Notes under the pieces: model-generated
What the model saw: only the letters and a program-made list of their open reading frames with translations
What the model was told of the DNA's origin: nothing
Databases searched by the model: none
Made by a program: the position numbers and the translations under genes
Source of the DNA: a virus
Strand: one strand, 5' to 3'
IMG/VR virus record: IMGVR_UViG_3300036772_000557
Span: 1 to 64,000 of that record
DNA length: 64,000 nt
Part shown: one piece after another, positions 49,501 through 57,237 of the stretch
Layout of the letters: each line of letters begins with the position of its first letter
How positions within the stretch are numbered: position 1 is the first letter of the stretch

Positions 49501-52201
49501 GCCGCTCCTGCGCCGCCTCGCGCTCGACTCCTGGAAGCTGAGAGAGGATGGCTATCTGGTCTTTGAGTTTCTGGTTCTGTGTCTCAATTGCGGAGTTTTG
49601 CGTCTCGGTCGGCCGGAACGGCGTCGTCGAGGTGCCCAATGCCTGCTCGGCGAAGGCAAGCCGCTGCGGCACTTCCTTCTCGTAATTGCCGGCGCCCTCG
49701 AATTTTTTTGTTAAAATCGAGTTCTGCTCTCCAAGCGTAGAGGCCGAGAAGAACTCTGGCGCCTTGGTTTGGATCTCCTTTTTTGCGAACTGCAGCTGGG
49801 TCCGATAATCCATCGGGTCGAGGCCGTTGAGTTGTGCCCAGGCCTGCATCTGGCCCCATCGCTCGCTGTCCCACTGGAACAGGCCTTGGTGGGGGGTCCC
49901 CAATCCGGCGCCGGTATTGAACCCAGATTCCTGACGGGCTTGTCCAGCGAGCGCCGCCGCCTGGCTGGGAGTAAACCCGAGGGAGCCAGTCGCGTAATTG
50001 AGGAAGTCAGCCTGTTTGACCTCAGCGCCGCCGGTTAGCGGCCGCGGAGGTAGTGTGGCGGCCGCGCCCGGCTCTGGGTTCCCAGAGCCCGGACCATATT
50101 CAGGAAATAACTCTGCGCGCGCGCCAGCCGCGGAATGCGAGAACGGCGCCGAGAGTTTCCCTATTGAATCGGCAAGCCCTTGAATCGATGTGATGAATTC
50201 CTTCACATCGCCAAGCATGAGTTTTATTTGGGAGCTTATGACTCCCGGAACGTCACTGTGCGACAGGTCTAGAATAAAATCTTTCCAAGCGTTCTTAACT
50301 TCTAGGAGCGCCGCGCCGAGCGGGCTTAAATCTTCTGTGAATGCCGGGATAGTTGCCCGCAGCGCGGCATACACCTGGCGGAGGGCTTCTGCCGATTGCG
50401 CATGCTGATCGAGATAATGAATGTTGGCGATCTGAGAGGCGCTGAGGGCGTGCAGCGATTCTGCGAATTTGACAGCTTCGTCGACGCCGCCACCGAAGGC
50501 TTTTATCAGGTTCTCGGCAGCAACTGGCGTGCCCGCCGCGCCTTCGCCGTTATACTCTGCAATATCCCTGGCGAGTCCCGCGAAATCTCCCGTGGATTGA
50601 CCGGGCCGGACGAAGCCGGAGCGAGAAATCTCCGTTATGGTCTTCTTTGCGTCCTCGCCTGAGACGCCGGTGTGCTCTAGCTGCTCGGTGAATTTTTCCA
50701 GCTCGGCCGCACTGGTCAGGCTGCCGTCGCCCATCACCTTGACAGTCGCGCCGAATGATCGAAGATTCGCCTCGACCTGAGTCGCTTTATAAGCGGCGTC
50801 TGCCAGCACGCCGATCACTGCGGCTACGCCCAGCACGGCCGGATTTAAGAGAAGTCCCAGTGCGCCGAAGCGTTGTATTTCAATGGTCGCCGAGCCGATC
50901 AATCGGGTGAGATCGCCCCGAAAAAGCTCGCGAATTATCACGAACCCTTCGCGCACCCGGCCGCCGGCTCCAGCGGCATGTTCGCCAGCACTAGCCAATT
51001 CCTCGGTAGCCGCCGCGCCGGCATGTAAATCGCCAGCGCCACCTCGAATGCCGGTGAACAGGTTCTTCAAGCTAGTCCAATAGGAGTCGGCTCCTTGCCG
51101 GGCTTTGTTCCACGCCTCGACGTCGACTTGGTTGATCGGATTGGTGAGTTCTAGCGGCGCGCGCGCCGCGTTAAAGGCGCCGACATTGATACCCGTCGGG
51201 CCTCTCGCGTGTTGTGCCGCCGCATCTTCGATGGACTGAAGGCTTGCGCGCTGCCCGGCCATCGCCGCGTCATGCGCGGCGGAAGCGACCGCAATAGTCC
51301 CGATGCTCTCGGCGCGCGCCTCGGCCCCGGCTATCGTGCCGAGGCTTTGCCGCTCCTCGTCCGTGACAGCACGGCGCGGCGGAGGAGGGGGTCCCGCTGG
51401 AGGGGAAACCGCCGCGGCGACCTGGGGACCCGCCGTTGCGGCTTGCGCGACAGCATTTCGGGCTTGAGTTGCAGACGCTTCCGTCGCCGCTGCGGCCCGG
51501 CTGTTTGCCGCCGCCAACCCTGCGATCTCGGTCGCCAAAAGCTGTTCCGGGGCTGGCGATGCCGCCGCGATACTCCCCGCCGCTTGCGCTGCCGAAGGTG
51601 TGGCCGCGGCCGCGACCGACTCCGAGGCGTGGAGCTTTGCGATATCGGCGCCGGCCGTCGAATCTGCAGTCTGCGCTTGCCGTACGAACCGGGTGGCCTG
51701 TGTTAGCGGACCGCCGGGGTGGATGCTGCTCAGCGCCGCATCGGTTAGGGGCGCGAGGGCCGCTGCTGTTACCGCGGTGGGCGCGAGCGACCGCTCGAAC
51801 GGCATAGCGGAGATTCCGCCAGGCTCCGGGACTCTCCCAGCCTGGATATTCTGGCGAATCTGAGTAAGCGATCCCAGCGCCGCCTGCGCGTCGAACACGT
51901 TGAACGCGCCCTGTTGCATCCGGCGGATGGTCTGCTCGTGCGCGTCCGCGAGTTCTTTAAGCGCCGCTTGGTATTTGCCGACACCGGCGATTTGCTGATC
52001 GAGAGCCGTGGCGCCTGTCGTCTGGCCGGCCCGGGCCATACGAGCACCAGTTTGGTCGACTGCCTGGCCGAGCCTATCAACAGCCGCGGTGGCCTGCTCT
52101 GATGAGCGCTGAACCCGGCCCGTCGCTGTCTCGAACTCTTGCGCACCACGAACAGCCGGGGCTGCATCCAGAATCAGCTCGACGATCATCTGATCGGCCA
52201 T
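43553..52201 (-). CDS. tape measure protein (2882 aa) with phage-tail-lysozyme domain
   Basis: Ala/Gln-rich helical; follows tail chaperones; AAALAGQARQESGFN...GLFQW..ERW...QLQFAKKEI lysozyme motif; Gly-zipper segment. Confidence 0.92.
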   Translation of the reverse strand: MADQMIVELILDAAPAVRGAQEFETATGRVQRSSEQATAAVDRLGQAVDQTGARMARAGQTTGATALDQQIAGVGKYQAALKELADAHEQTIRRMQQGAFNVFDAQAALGSLTQIRQNIQAGRVPEPGGISAMPFERSLAPTAVTAAALAPLTDAALSSIHPGGPLTQATRFVRQAQTADSTAGADIAKLHASESVAAAATPSAAQAAGSIAAASPAPEQLLATEIAGLAAANSRAAAATEASATQARNAVAQAATAGPQVAAAVSPPAGPPPPPRRAVTDEERQSLGTIAGAEARAESIGTIAVASAAHDAAMAGQRASLQSIEDAAAQHARGPTGINVGAFNAARAPLELTNPINQVDVEAWNKARQGADSYWTSLKNLFTGIRGGAGDLHAGAAATEELASAGEHAAGAGGRVREGFVIIRELFRGDLTRLIGSATIEIQRFGALGLLLNPAVLGVAAVIGVLADAAYKATQVEANLRSFGATVKVMGDGSLTSAAELEKFTEQLEHTGVSGEDAKKTITEISRSGFVRPGQSTGDFAGLARDIAEYNGEGAAGTPVAAENLIKAFGGGVDEAVKFAESLHALSASQIANIHYLDQHAQSAEALRQVYAALRATIPAFTEDLSPLGAALLEVKNAWKDFILDLSHSDVPGVISSQIKLMLGDVKEFITSIQGLADSIGKLSAPFSHSAAGARAELFPEYGPGSGNPEPGAAATLPPRPLTGGAEVKQADFLNYATGSLGFTPSQAAALAGQARQESGFNTGAGLGTPHQGLFQWDSERWGQMQAWAQLNGLDPMDYRTQLQFAKKEIQTKAPEFFSASTLGEQNSILTKKFEGAGNYEKEVPQRLAFAEQALGTSTTPFRPTETQNSAIETQNQKLKDQIAILSQLPGVEREAAQERQRLQDVAAKELPLGDQNRFVQEGMLGFWQKLATAQETQHRLNEQEVADNIKIGASFQTSIAEGYRYQALIEARRQIAAKGGSPAEIPTAQQDILSRQAVAATETGRERIALSEPAIAAQERLAAAALQSRDAEEKARIEAAAAAQTQDALNRAVASTKLSYIAVARDIDAAAQAQERRRAAAEQTIEAGHQLQGNRDQSQVLALELSIQGQSSDAIRTQVELLRARQEIEQRYTELTQGQRDAIYASTAAVIQQNAALTQAQEATARLNEAFRSVAGVVDGELANSIRNALIRTPVEAGEHIKHYWDEFRAGLKATLGDIASQIAQLAFIKPVTGTLAGALGFGQAAQQIGTFGGLNPGAASAGGISGSQITVTASGLSSGSGIFNATQGGYVFQSGSGNNLNLQGATAPAASSGGTAPAPSPAGLSDQQFQALLSAAIVPTGAQQPAASISASVPALAAAASGEAQPTAAAATAEAGAAGPTVFLIPGTETPIASAASIAPQAAPSAAGAAQAGQPAPTAATATPAAATSGLGSLQNIGSLAGLIEKLNSNLPGFLPDFLSGGSGGGGGLFGNVGSFFSNLGPNLGFASAAGPIGGISGAPFSASVAGPSVPFELGGSANAVSQGSLFGLSTSATLGSVLAGAGAGFGAGSLLNSLLGGNAVGGNIGSAGGGAAGALIGSIVPGVGTLIGGLLGGLFGGGVGGLFGGGPPGQSAGAVIGPTGQVQTNTVGGSAANIQQSQQVADQIGSFVRALSQLTNAQGQPIGTNLSTAVVSSDNRTGIRVTGSGIAGGRYDQNAAGAVQQTELQIIQSLTNVSGTLGQVLKNINDPSQLQAAVQFADVYDKLNVTEAQLTASLNGNVNAVGPFAQALTQINATFSQLTSQAAQFGVDTAPIANGLKAVIKTLNTDFTTSLDEAFQTAISGGNDFVAALVKVHQAFLQNTSDAAALGVSDQTNQQIKGIAALQAGTTLATLGVDQLTMVIKDLGQVAPEIAAQAQALIDSGNALPDILTQAIQALTDPLQLAIEKEKAAGQERIAVAQQTGQDLVKVEELNSANMIQAVLSNLSNPTALNALVYPNNLKAQETLQAAPTLAGLSGQQLTALIGASANVAPDLAALAQQFIITGTELPDTITQALEGIVNPIALAIQQQAAQAQGRNEVQRATGQNASAVAALNTASIVQAIVQQISNPAALQALVAHGSPEGIAALQAGPAIAGLGTDQLQALLAALGTVAPELTTMINALISSGNALPDALSQATEAITEAGVLAVQKAQALAFEQIQAAPAAGQNVAEAQQLGAAEVAQATAQATGTQIPLGPLPDWVGQLEEAVTAPLQLAIQKEQAAGIQRVQIAEATGANLVRVQQENADAIAQIWYQATQQLTSLKNEITGGSLSGLTAANQVTAALEQFNTVLALVQGGNTSFINELSSAGQAAVQASQQAYGNGPQTASVREQVLASISPFLVSASGYPTGQASALANGTAASATATGTTSDLRANTSALQNLTSALTGAAAGSAGGTTGGTGTVGAAAAPAATAGTGSATTSNGTGLATPAGTQLYSISQPSGPSYVGDLTPQNLAWWQNAGATVTPSTGALPTPRAGAALYSITQSSASNPTAPDYVGDLTPADVAWWQNAGATVTPYTAPAAAASSATLATTATSGASSSSSLTTNPVTGQSFTGSGITAVQPNFPLYPSASTLSSALADAVAGAASDADWTVINQAVQAGILSPTSQPGYALVIEQAQQWAAGRAANPSQLLSQALSDALNGTPTLQEWALINQAINSGLLNPTSEPQYATIIQRARAIANAQATSLSQIPNNQTAYNTLIKGLPAFAEGTGSTPPGAILVGEQGPEWYRAANDNSWSQVGVHGPQILDQPGGATIIPFPLTPPEGRAFALGTTDWRSPTYSWAGGQAGGGAPDATSAETIAKLTAIITELQAGRKQLQGGQVQAAQDARAGNTHLAEIRRTVGTTIAAPVPRRAVG

Positions 52202-52225
52202 GCTGATCTCCGGCGACTGCGGGGT

Positions 52226-52678
52226 TTATCGGTTTGGCGTTTGGGATTTCGGGTCCGGTTTGTGCAATTCCGAATAGATCGCCAGCCATTCGCCGTCGAG
52301 CGCCCGGATAACGCCGAATTCCCATGGTGTGAGCCGGTGCCCCGCCAATCCAGCCCAGGCTGCTATTTCGGTCGCGGTCAGGCAGTTCGGGCCCCAGCCG
52401 TTGGAGCCGCGCCCGGCCGATGCCTCGGAAAACCACCGGTATAGATATTCGCTGCCTTCGGGGAACGCGGGCCCATCTAGATCCGTCCGCATCTTCGCAT
52501 AATCGGCCTCATCGTTGGGCCGGGTCAGCCGAGGATCGTCCAGTCGCCTTTCCAGGCGCTCCAGCTCCTTTTCCATTGACACGCGCAGCGCGAGACCGCG
52601 CTTATCCGGGATATTGAGCTCGAACTGATGCGAGGCAGCTTTGATCAGTTCTCTTTGGAGCTGTGGATAAACCCCACG
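52226..52678 (-). CDS. tail assembly chaperone, frameshift-extended (T) part
   Basis: YLYRWFSE.SAGRGSNGWGPN.LTATEIAAW..L.G..L.PWE...IRALD; frame open from 52678, in the -1 frame of upstream gene. Confidence 0.75.
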   Translation of the reverse strand, partial: RGVYPQLQRELIKAASHQFELNIPDKRGLALRVSMEKELERLERRLDDPRLTRPNDEADYAKMRTDLDGPAFPEGSEYLYRWFSEASAGRGSNGWGPNCLTATEIAAWAGLAGHRLTPWEFGVIRALDGEWLAIYSELHKPDPKSQTPNR

Positions 52679-53109
52679 TCAGCCGCTAGGAATTGTGCGA
52701 CTTGGCGGTATAGCCAAAAATAACTCGGCGAGGCGAGCAGCTTTATGGCGGCCGTGTGCGCGAATTCGAGCGGCGGCTCGTCCTTGACCAGCCGCACCGC
52801 CGGTTCCCAGCCGAGCATACGCTTGGCATAGAACTTGGCATTCTCTTCGCGGTTCTGCTCGGGCGTCTCGTCTTCGGGCTTCCACTTGCGGCCATTGACC
52901 TGGGCCGCCTCCTTCGCCTTTCGGTCCCGGATCGCGCGACGAGCGATCTCGTCGCCGAGCTCGACGCTGATCGGGTGGCCCGGCCCGGCGAAGGTGATTT
53001 TCCAGCCCGTCGGCTCGCCGGTGACCGGATGCTCGACCTCCATCACTGCAGTATCGGCATAGGCCAGCGAGGAAAGATCGAACGCCGCGCCAGCATTAGT
53101 CTCGGACAT
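52645..53109 (-). CDS. tail assembly chaperone (G)
   Basis: FDLSSL..ADTAVMEVEHPVTGEPTGWKITFAGPGHP; position before TMP. Confidence 0.8.
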   Translation of the reverse strand: MSETNAGAAFDLSSLAYADTAVMEVEHPVTGEPTGWKITFAGPGHPISVELGDEIARRAIRDRKAKEAAQVNGRKWKPEDETPEQNREENAKFYAKRMLGWEPAVRLVKDEPPLEFAHTAAIKLLASPSYFWLYRQVAQFLAADVGFIHSSKEN

Positions 53110-53158
53110 GGAACCTCGTTTTGTGGTAGACATGCAGAACCTTTGGTAGGAGGCGGCA

Positions 53159-53635
53159 ATGGCTGATCGGGAGTCTGGAGCCTATTGGATAAGGGACACA
53201 GGCGGCGACTGGGTCGTCGCTTATTGGGAAGGTGACCCCAGAGTTGCCGAGTGGTACGGCTTCGGCGACGATCGGCCGATCGACCCTAAATGGATCGCCG
53301 AGATCGGCGATCGTGTCGTTCGCCGCTCAGTAACCGCTGAGGCGACGCTAGCCGGCCGTCTCGTCGATTACGACCTCACGGCACCGACCAAATATCTGCG
53401 CTTCCCAGGCTTCGAGGAATGGCCCGAGCCGCAGCCGATCACCGAGGCGCAGAAGACCGGCGAGCGGTTCCTGGTGTGGAACGATAGCGAGTACCCTGAT
53501 ACTCGCGGTTGGTTCACTGCATTTTACGACGGCAAAATCGATGGTTGGCTTACGGGTGCCTTGGGTGGCTATACAGAATTAGATAGAGTTGCTGCCGTTT
53601 ACCTGCCGCAGCCGACGCCGTACGTGAAACCGTGA
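53159..53635 (+). CDS. hypothetical protein, opposite to late operon
   Basis: AGGAGG RBS; RESGAYWIR and QPITEAQKTGERFLVW (DUF551-like) modules. Confidence 0.65.
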   Translation: MADRESGAYWIRDTGGDWVVAYWEGDPRVAEWYGFGDDRPIDPKWIAEIGDRVVRRSVTAEATLAGRLVDYDLTAPTKYLRFPGFEEWPEPQPITEAQKTGERFLVWNDSEYPDTRGWFTAFYDGKIDGWLTGALGGYTELDRVAAVYLPQPTPYVKP

Positions 53636-53650
53636 GGGCGGCCGGAGTAA

Positions 53651-54334
53651 TTACTTCAGACGCCCAATCATCCGATGGCTGTGCCGCGCGCGCCGGCTCA
53701 TGAGGCCATTTTCCTCGCGCTTGACGATCTGGGTCCATTGTCCGTCCGGCAGCTGGATCCCGAGATAGCCGCCGTGCAGCAATGTCGGGACATGGCCGGG
53801 CAGCTTACCCATGAAATCGAAGGTCGGGCCGCCCTTGCCGGTGAAATAGCCCGGCAGCACAAAGTCCGTTACCTTGACGCCCATCTTTTCGTAGGCGTAT
53901 TGGTCGGACTCGACGGCATCGCAGACTTCCTGGAGGCAATGCAGCGGCGTGTATGGGATCGGGAAGATGGCATTGACCTGGGGGTCGCCGAGCATTTCGA
54001 GCAGTTCGTGCGTTGCATCGACGGTCCACGCCTCACCGCGCTCGATCGCGTCAGCGGCAAAGACCTTGCCTTGCACGAGGCTGCCGTCATCATCATGATA
54101 TCCACCGGCATCGGGAATGTCGGTATGGTCTAGGATGAACAGCGGCCACATGCCCATTGGAATTGAGGCATCTTTCCCGGCGAACTGCAGCGTTGTACCA
54201 CGGCCCGGCCAATGCGGCAGCCAGTCCTCGGTCACTTGCGCCTGGAATGCGGGGATCACCGACTCGATTTCGTGATCCTGCAGAACAGTGCTACGGTTGA
54301 CGAGCACAATGTCAGCAATATGAATCATGGACAA
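53651..54334 (-). CDS. putative zinc metallopeptidase-like protein
   Basis: GGYH...THELLEMLGDP...EVCDAVE...VTDFVLPGYF. Confidence 0.65.
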   Translation of the reverse strand: MSMIHIADIVLVNRSTVLQDHEIESVIPAFQAQVTEDWLPHWPGRGTTLQFAGKDASIPMGMWPLFILDHTDIPDAGGYHDDDGSLVQGKVFAADAIERGEAWTVDATHELLEMLGDPQVNAIFPIPYTPLHCLQEVCDAVESDQYAYEKMGVKVTDFVLPGYFTGKGGPTFDFMGKLPGHVPTLLHGGYLGIQLPDGQWTQIVKREENGLMSRRARHSHRMIGRLK

Positions 54335-54363
54335 TGCTTTCCTGCAATGAGGAGATACCTGAA

Positions 54364-54552
54364 ATGACCGACTGGCATCCGATTGAGTTGGCGACCGGAG
54401 AGGTAAGGAAAAGCATTGATCGTGCCCAACCCCCGGTCGTAGGGACTCATATCGGGCGATGCTGTACGCTTCCAGATGGGAGATGGTTGATTATTAAGTT
54501 CAACAACCCGAGCGGCGAGCCCGAGGCCTACTTCATTTTACCGCCACCGTGA
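54364..54552 (+). CDS. small hypothetical protein, opposite to late operon
   Basis: GAGGAG RBS; MTDWHPIELA...ILPPP. Confidence 0.5.
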   Translation: MTDWHPIELATGEVRKSIDRAQPPVVGTHIGRCCTLPDGRWLIIKFNNPSGEPEAYFILPPP

Positions 54553-56037
54553 TCAACCGGTCATATGCTGCTGCAATAACTCGCCGAGCGTGCCGCTGTA
54601 ATCGGTCTCGCCGATGTGGCTCAGCGTTATCGACGGGTCGATCCACACTCTGCCGCCGAGATCATTCCAGCGCTCGCAGAACGCGAAGTCCTCGCCGCCA
54701 TCGTTCAGATCATCAGGGTCATTCAGAAACAACTTGTAATAATATTTTGTGATCTCGGGGTCGATCGAGGCCGGCAGTGGGCGCTTCCATTCCGGGTGCG
54801 CGCCGATCATCTTCTCGATTACATGACGCTGGATGACCATAAAGGCTGCGCCGGCTTTGGTGCCTTCGGTCGTGAAGTTCCCCAAGGCATCCCATTCCAT
54901 CACCGCGTTGCGCGGCGCAAAAAAGCACCAGACGCCGGCATCGCTATTCGGCCGCGCATCTTTCTTTCGCCCGACAGCGGCAATGACATCGTGCTGAGCC
55001 ATAATGAGACGCAGCGCCGATTGCGGAGCCCACCCCATATCGTCGTCGATCAGCAGCGCATGGGTGAACTGGCCACCATCGGAGGTCTTGGCGGCCATGA
55101 ACTGTGCTATCAGGAAGTTCCTCGCCTTCGGAATATTTGACATGCCGATGACGCGGCGCCGATCCCACTCGACGCCGAGGCGCTCGAAGTCGCGTATCGT
55201 CGCGCCGTAGGAGTCGGCGTATTGCCAGACCGGCCGCCCGCCGTGCGGCGTCAGGATCATAGCCTTGCAGGTCTTGAGGTATTCGATCCTCGCGAGCTCT
55301 ACGGAGTGATCGGGCGAGCCCCCGATCGCTGGAGCGGCTGGCGTCGCCTGGCGCAGCTTCCGAGCGGCCGCGACGGCGACGTGGCGTTCGTCTTCGAGCC
55401 ATTCCCTGAAGACGCCCGCATCCGACGCCCACAGCCCGCCAGCGGGCTGGGTGGGGTAATTGACGCCGTACACCTTCTCGTGCGTCTCGTCGGCTGGCGC
55501 ATCGCCCTTGAGCACGTGGCGGTGCCGGACCATGACGCCCATGTCCATCGTCGAGCACTCGGCCTCGCGGCCGATGGTCTCCCATACGTCGTCGACGTAG
55601 AGGTGATGCAGCCCAGGCGGAAAGATGTAGCCGATCGCGCGCACAAGCGGGCCCGAGATGACCCAGCAATTCCCGATGCGATTCGGCGCCTGCCAGCCGT
55701 CGTTGCAAGCGACGAAGTTGGACCCGTCGAGCTGGGCGACCAGCCGCCTGTCCCAGGCCGGGGTCTCGGGAACGCAGTCGTCGCCGATCAGCCCGAGCCA
55801 GGCGCAGTCTACGACCTGCTCCCAGACCATGGTGATCTTTTCACCCTGGGTCTCGCCGTGCGTGTAATGGACGAACCAGCCGAGTGGCAGTTCGAGCGCG
55901 TCGTAGGCGGCGCAATTGTCGGCGTAATCCGCGACGTCGACTAGGAGCATACCGGGCGTCGAGCCGCCTGTCGCGTTGTAGGTGGCGAAGAAACGCTGTA
56001 GGTTGGCGACGCGCCTACGTGAAGGCAGGAGCCACAT
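54553..56037 (-). CDS. two-domain GT-A glycosyltransferase
   Basis: Domain 1 LPSRRR...GLIGDDCVP..WD...HLYVDD; domain 2 ILTP...KARN...LLIDDDMGW...GAAFMVIQR..GEDFAFCERW..LGG.VWIDP...L.HIG. Confidence 0.85.
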   Translation of the reverse strand: MWLLPSRRRVANLQRFFATYNATGGSTPGMLLVDVADYADNCAAYDALELPLGWFVHYTHGETQGEKITMVWEQVVDCAWLGLIGDDCVPETPAWDRRLVAQLDGSNFVACNDGWQAPNRIGNCWVISGPLVRAIGYIFPPGLHHLYVDDVWETIGREAECSTMDMGVMVRHRHVLKGDAPADETHEKVYGVNYPTQPAGGLWASDAGVFREWLEDERHVAVAAARKLRQATPAAPAIGGSPDHSVELARIEYLKTCKAMILTPHGGRPVWQYADSYGATIRDFERLGVEWDRRRVIGMSNIPKARNFLIAQFMAAKTSDGGQFTHALLIDDDMGWAPQSALRLIMAQHDVIAAVGRKKDARPNSDAGVWCFFAPRNAVMEWDALGNFTTEGTKAGAAFMVIQRHVIEKMIGAHPEWKRPLPASIDPEITKYYYKLFLNDPDDLNDGGEDFAFCERWNDLGGRVWIDPSITLSHIGETDYSGTLGELLQQHMTG

Positions 56038-56215
56038 TTTTTGCAAACCACCGAATTTGTTTTGCGGGGCGGCAAGTCTATTCGATACGTCGCCGAGGCG
56101 ATCAGGCATGAAATCGAGCGCCTTATGTCCATCGCGGACAATCCGGCCGATCAGAATGCTCAGGCGGACGCGCTAAACGACATTGGCCTCTACGAAGCCA
56201 TTCTTGCCGAGATCG

Positions 56216-56491
56216 TTAAGGCCGGATGATCGCCTCATATTCGTTGAGCGCGTCGGCTACGGACGGGCAATACCGCGGCTTCGGGACGAAGACCTTCTTT
56301 ACGATTGTCGGACCGGGAACAGGAACCTCCATCGGAACGTCGACATACTCGATCCTGGCGTGATCAAAGCCGCGCTCAAACCCGGCCTTATAGCCGCCGA
56401 TGGCAAATCCGATGGCCAGTACCATTGCAATCGCCGCCGTTATCATCGGATGCCATAGCTTTTGGGACTTATCTGTATCATAACCGGCCAT
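56216..56491 (-). CDS. small TM protein
   Basis: AAIAMVLAIGFAIGG..., EYVDVPMEVPVPGP; start uncertain. Confidence 0.45.
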   Translation of the reverse strand: MAGYDTDKSQKLWHPMITAAIAMVLAIGFAIGGYKAGFERGFDHARIEYVDVPMEVPVPGPTIVKKVFVPKPRYCPSVADALNEYEAIIRP

Positions 56492-56756
56492 GATCATCTT
56501 TCCCGCTGATACAGCCAGATTAATAAGCCAATCAGAAATCGATAGGTTGCAAGCCGCGCTGCGCCGTCTTGAGCGATCGGTCAGCACACCGGCGTCTACG
56601 CCTGAGCTGCCTCAGCGCGTCATCCGACGTGCGATCGGCGGGATTTATCCTTATCGCAAGCCCGACAGCGGTGTTGGAAAATGGTGGCGGCGGCGATGGT
56701 TACGGAAGGATCCCGCAAATTCAGGATGGCTCGCCAAAGAGAAGGAGTTGATCTGA
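56490..56756 (+). CDS. hypothetical protein
   Basis: ORF on + strand, weak support. Confidence 0.35.
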   Translation: MIIFPADTARLISQSEIDRLQAALRRLERSVSTPASTPELPQRVIRRAIGGIYPYRKPDSGVGKWWRRRWLRKDPANSGWLAKEKELI

Positions 56757-56760
56757 CGAG

Positions 56761-57021
56761 ATGACCTGCGAAACGATCCGGCTGACCGGCGGCGGTAGCA
56801 CGGAACTGGCTGATTCTGTTCCGAGCAAACGCGCCCTCGCAGCCGCAGAGGCCGTCCTGCAACACCGCCGCATCTGGCACGCCTTCCTTGGGGGCCTCGG
56901 GCTGCGCGATGCGGTCGCGATGTTGATCGACACAGAGCGCGAGTGCTGCGCGATCATCGCCGAACATTACCCCGAGGCTGGCGGCGCCGAAATCGCCGCG
57001 CGCATCAGGGCGATGCGATGA
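56761..57021 (+). CDS. hypothetical phage protein
   Basis: ERECCAIIAE....EIAARIRA C-terminal motif common in phage small proteins. Confidence 0.5.
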   Translation: MTCETIRLTGGGSTELADSVPSKRALAAAEAVLQHRRIWHAFLGGLGLRDAVAMLIDTERECCAIIAEHYPEAGGAEIAARIRAMR

Positions 57022-57048
57022 CAGACGATAGACCGCATCGCAAACGGT

Positions 57049-57237
57049 TTACAGCTGTTTGGGCCAGCAATCGAACACGACATTGCTGTCGGGCCACCGC
57101 CGAAAGATTGGATACCAGGACTTCAGATCAGCCCTGCACAGCGCCGCGGTTGGATATGCGTTTCCAATCTCCTGGACGGTGCCTTGGGAGAAGGCAACTA
57201 TTGTCCAGAATAGGATTCCAGATGCCATGAGGCTCAT
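57049..57237 (-). CDS. small hypothetical protein
   Basis: ATGA-coupled to radical SAM gene; Y.TAALC...C.P pattern. Confidence 0.45.
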   Translation of the reverse strand: MSLMASGILFWTIVAFSQGTVQEIGNAYPTAALCRADLKSWYPIFRRWPDSNVVFDCWPKQL

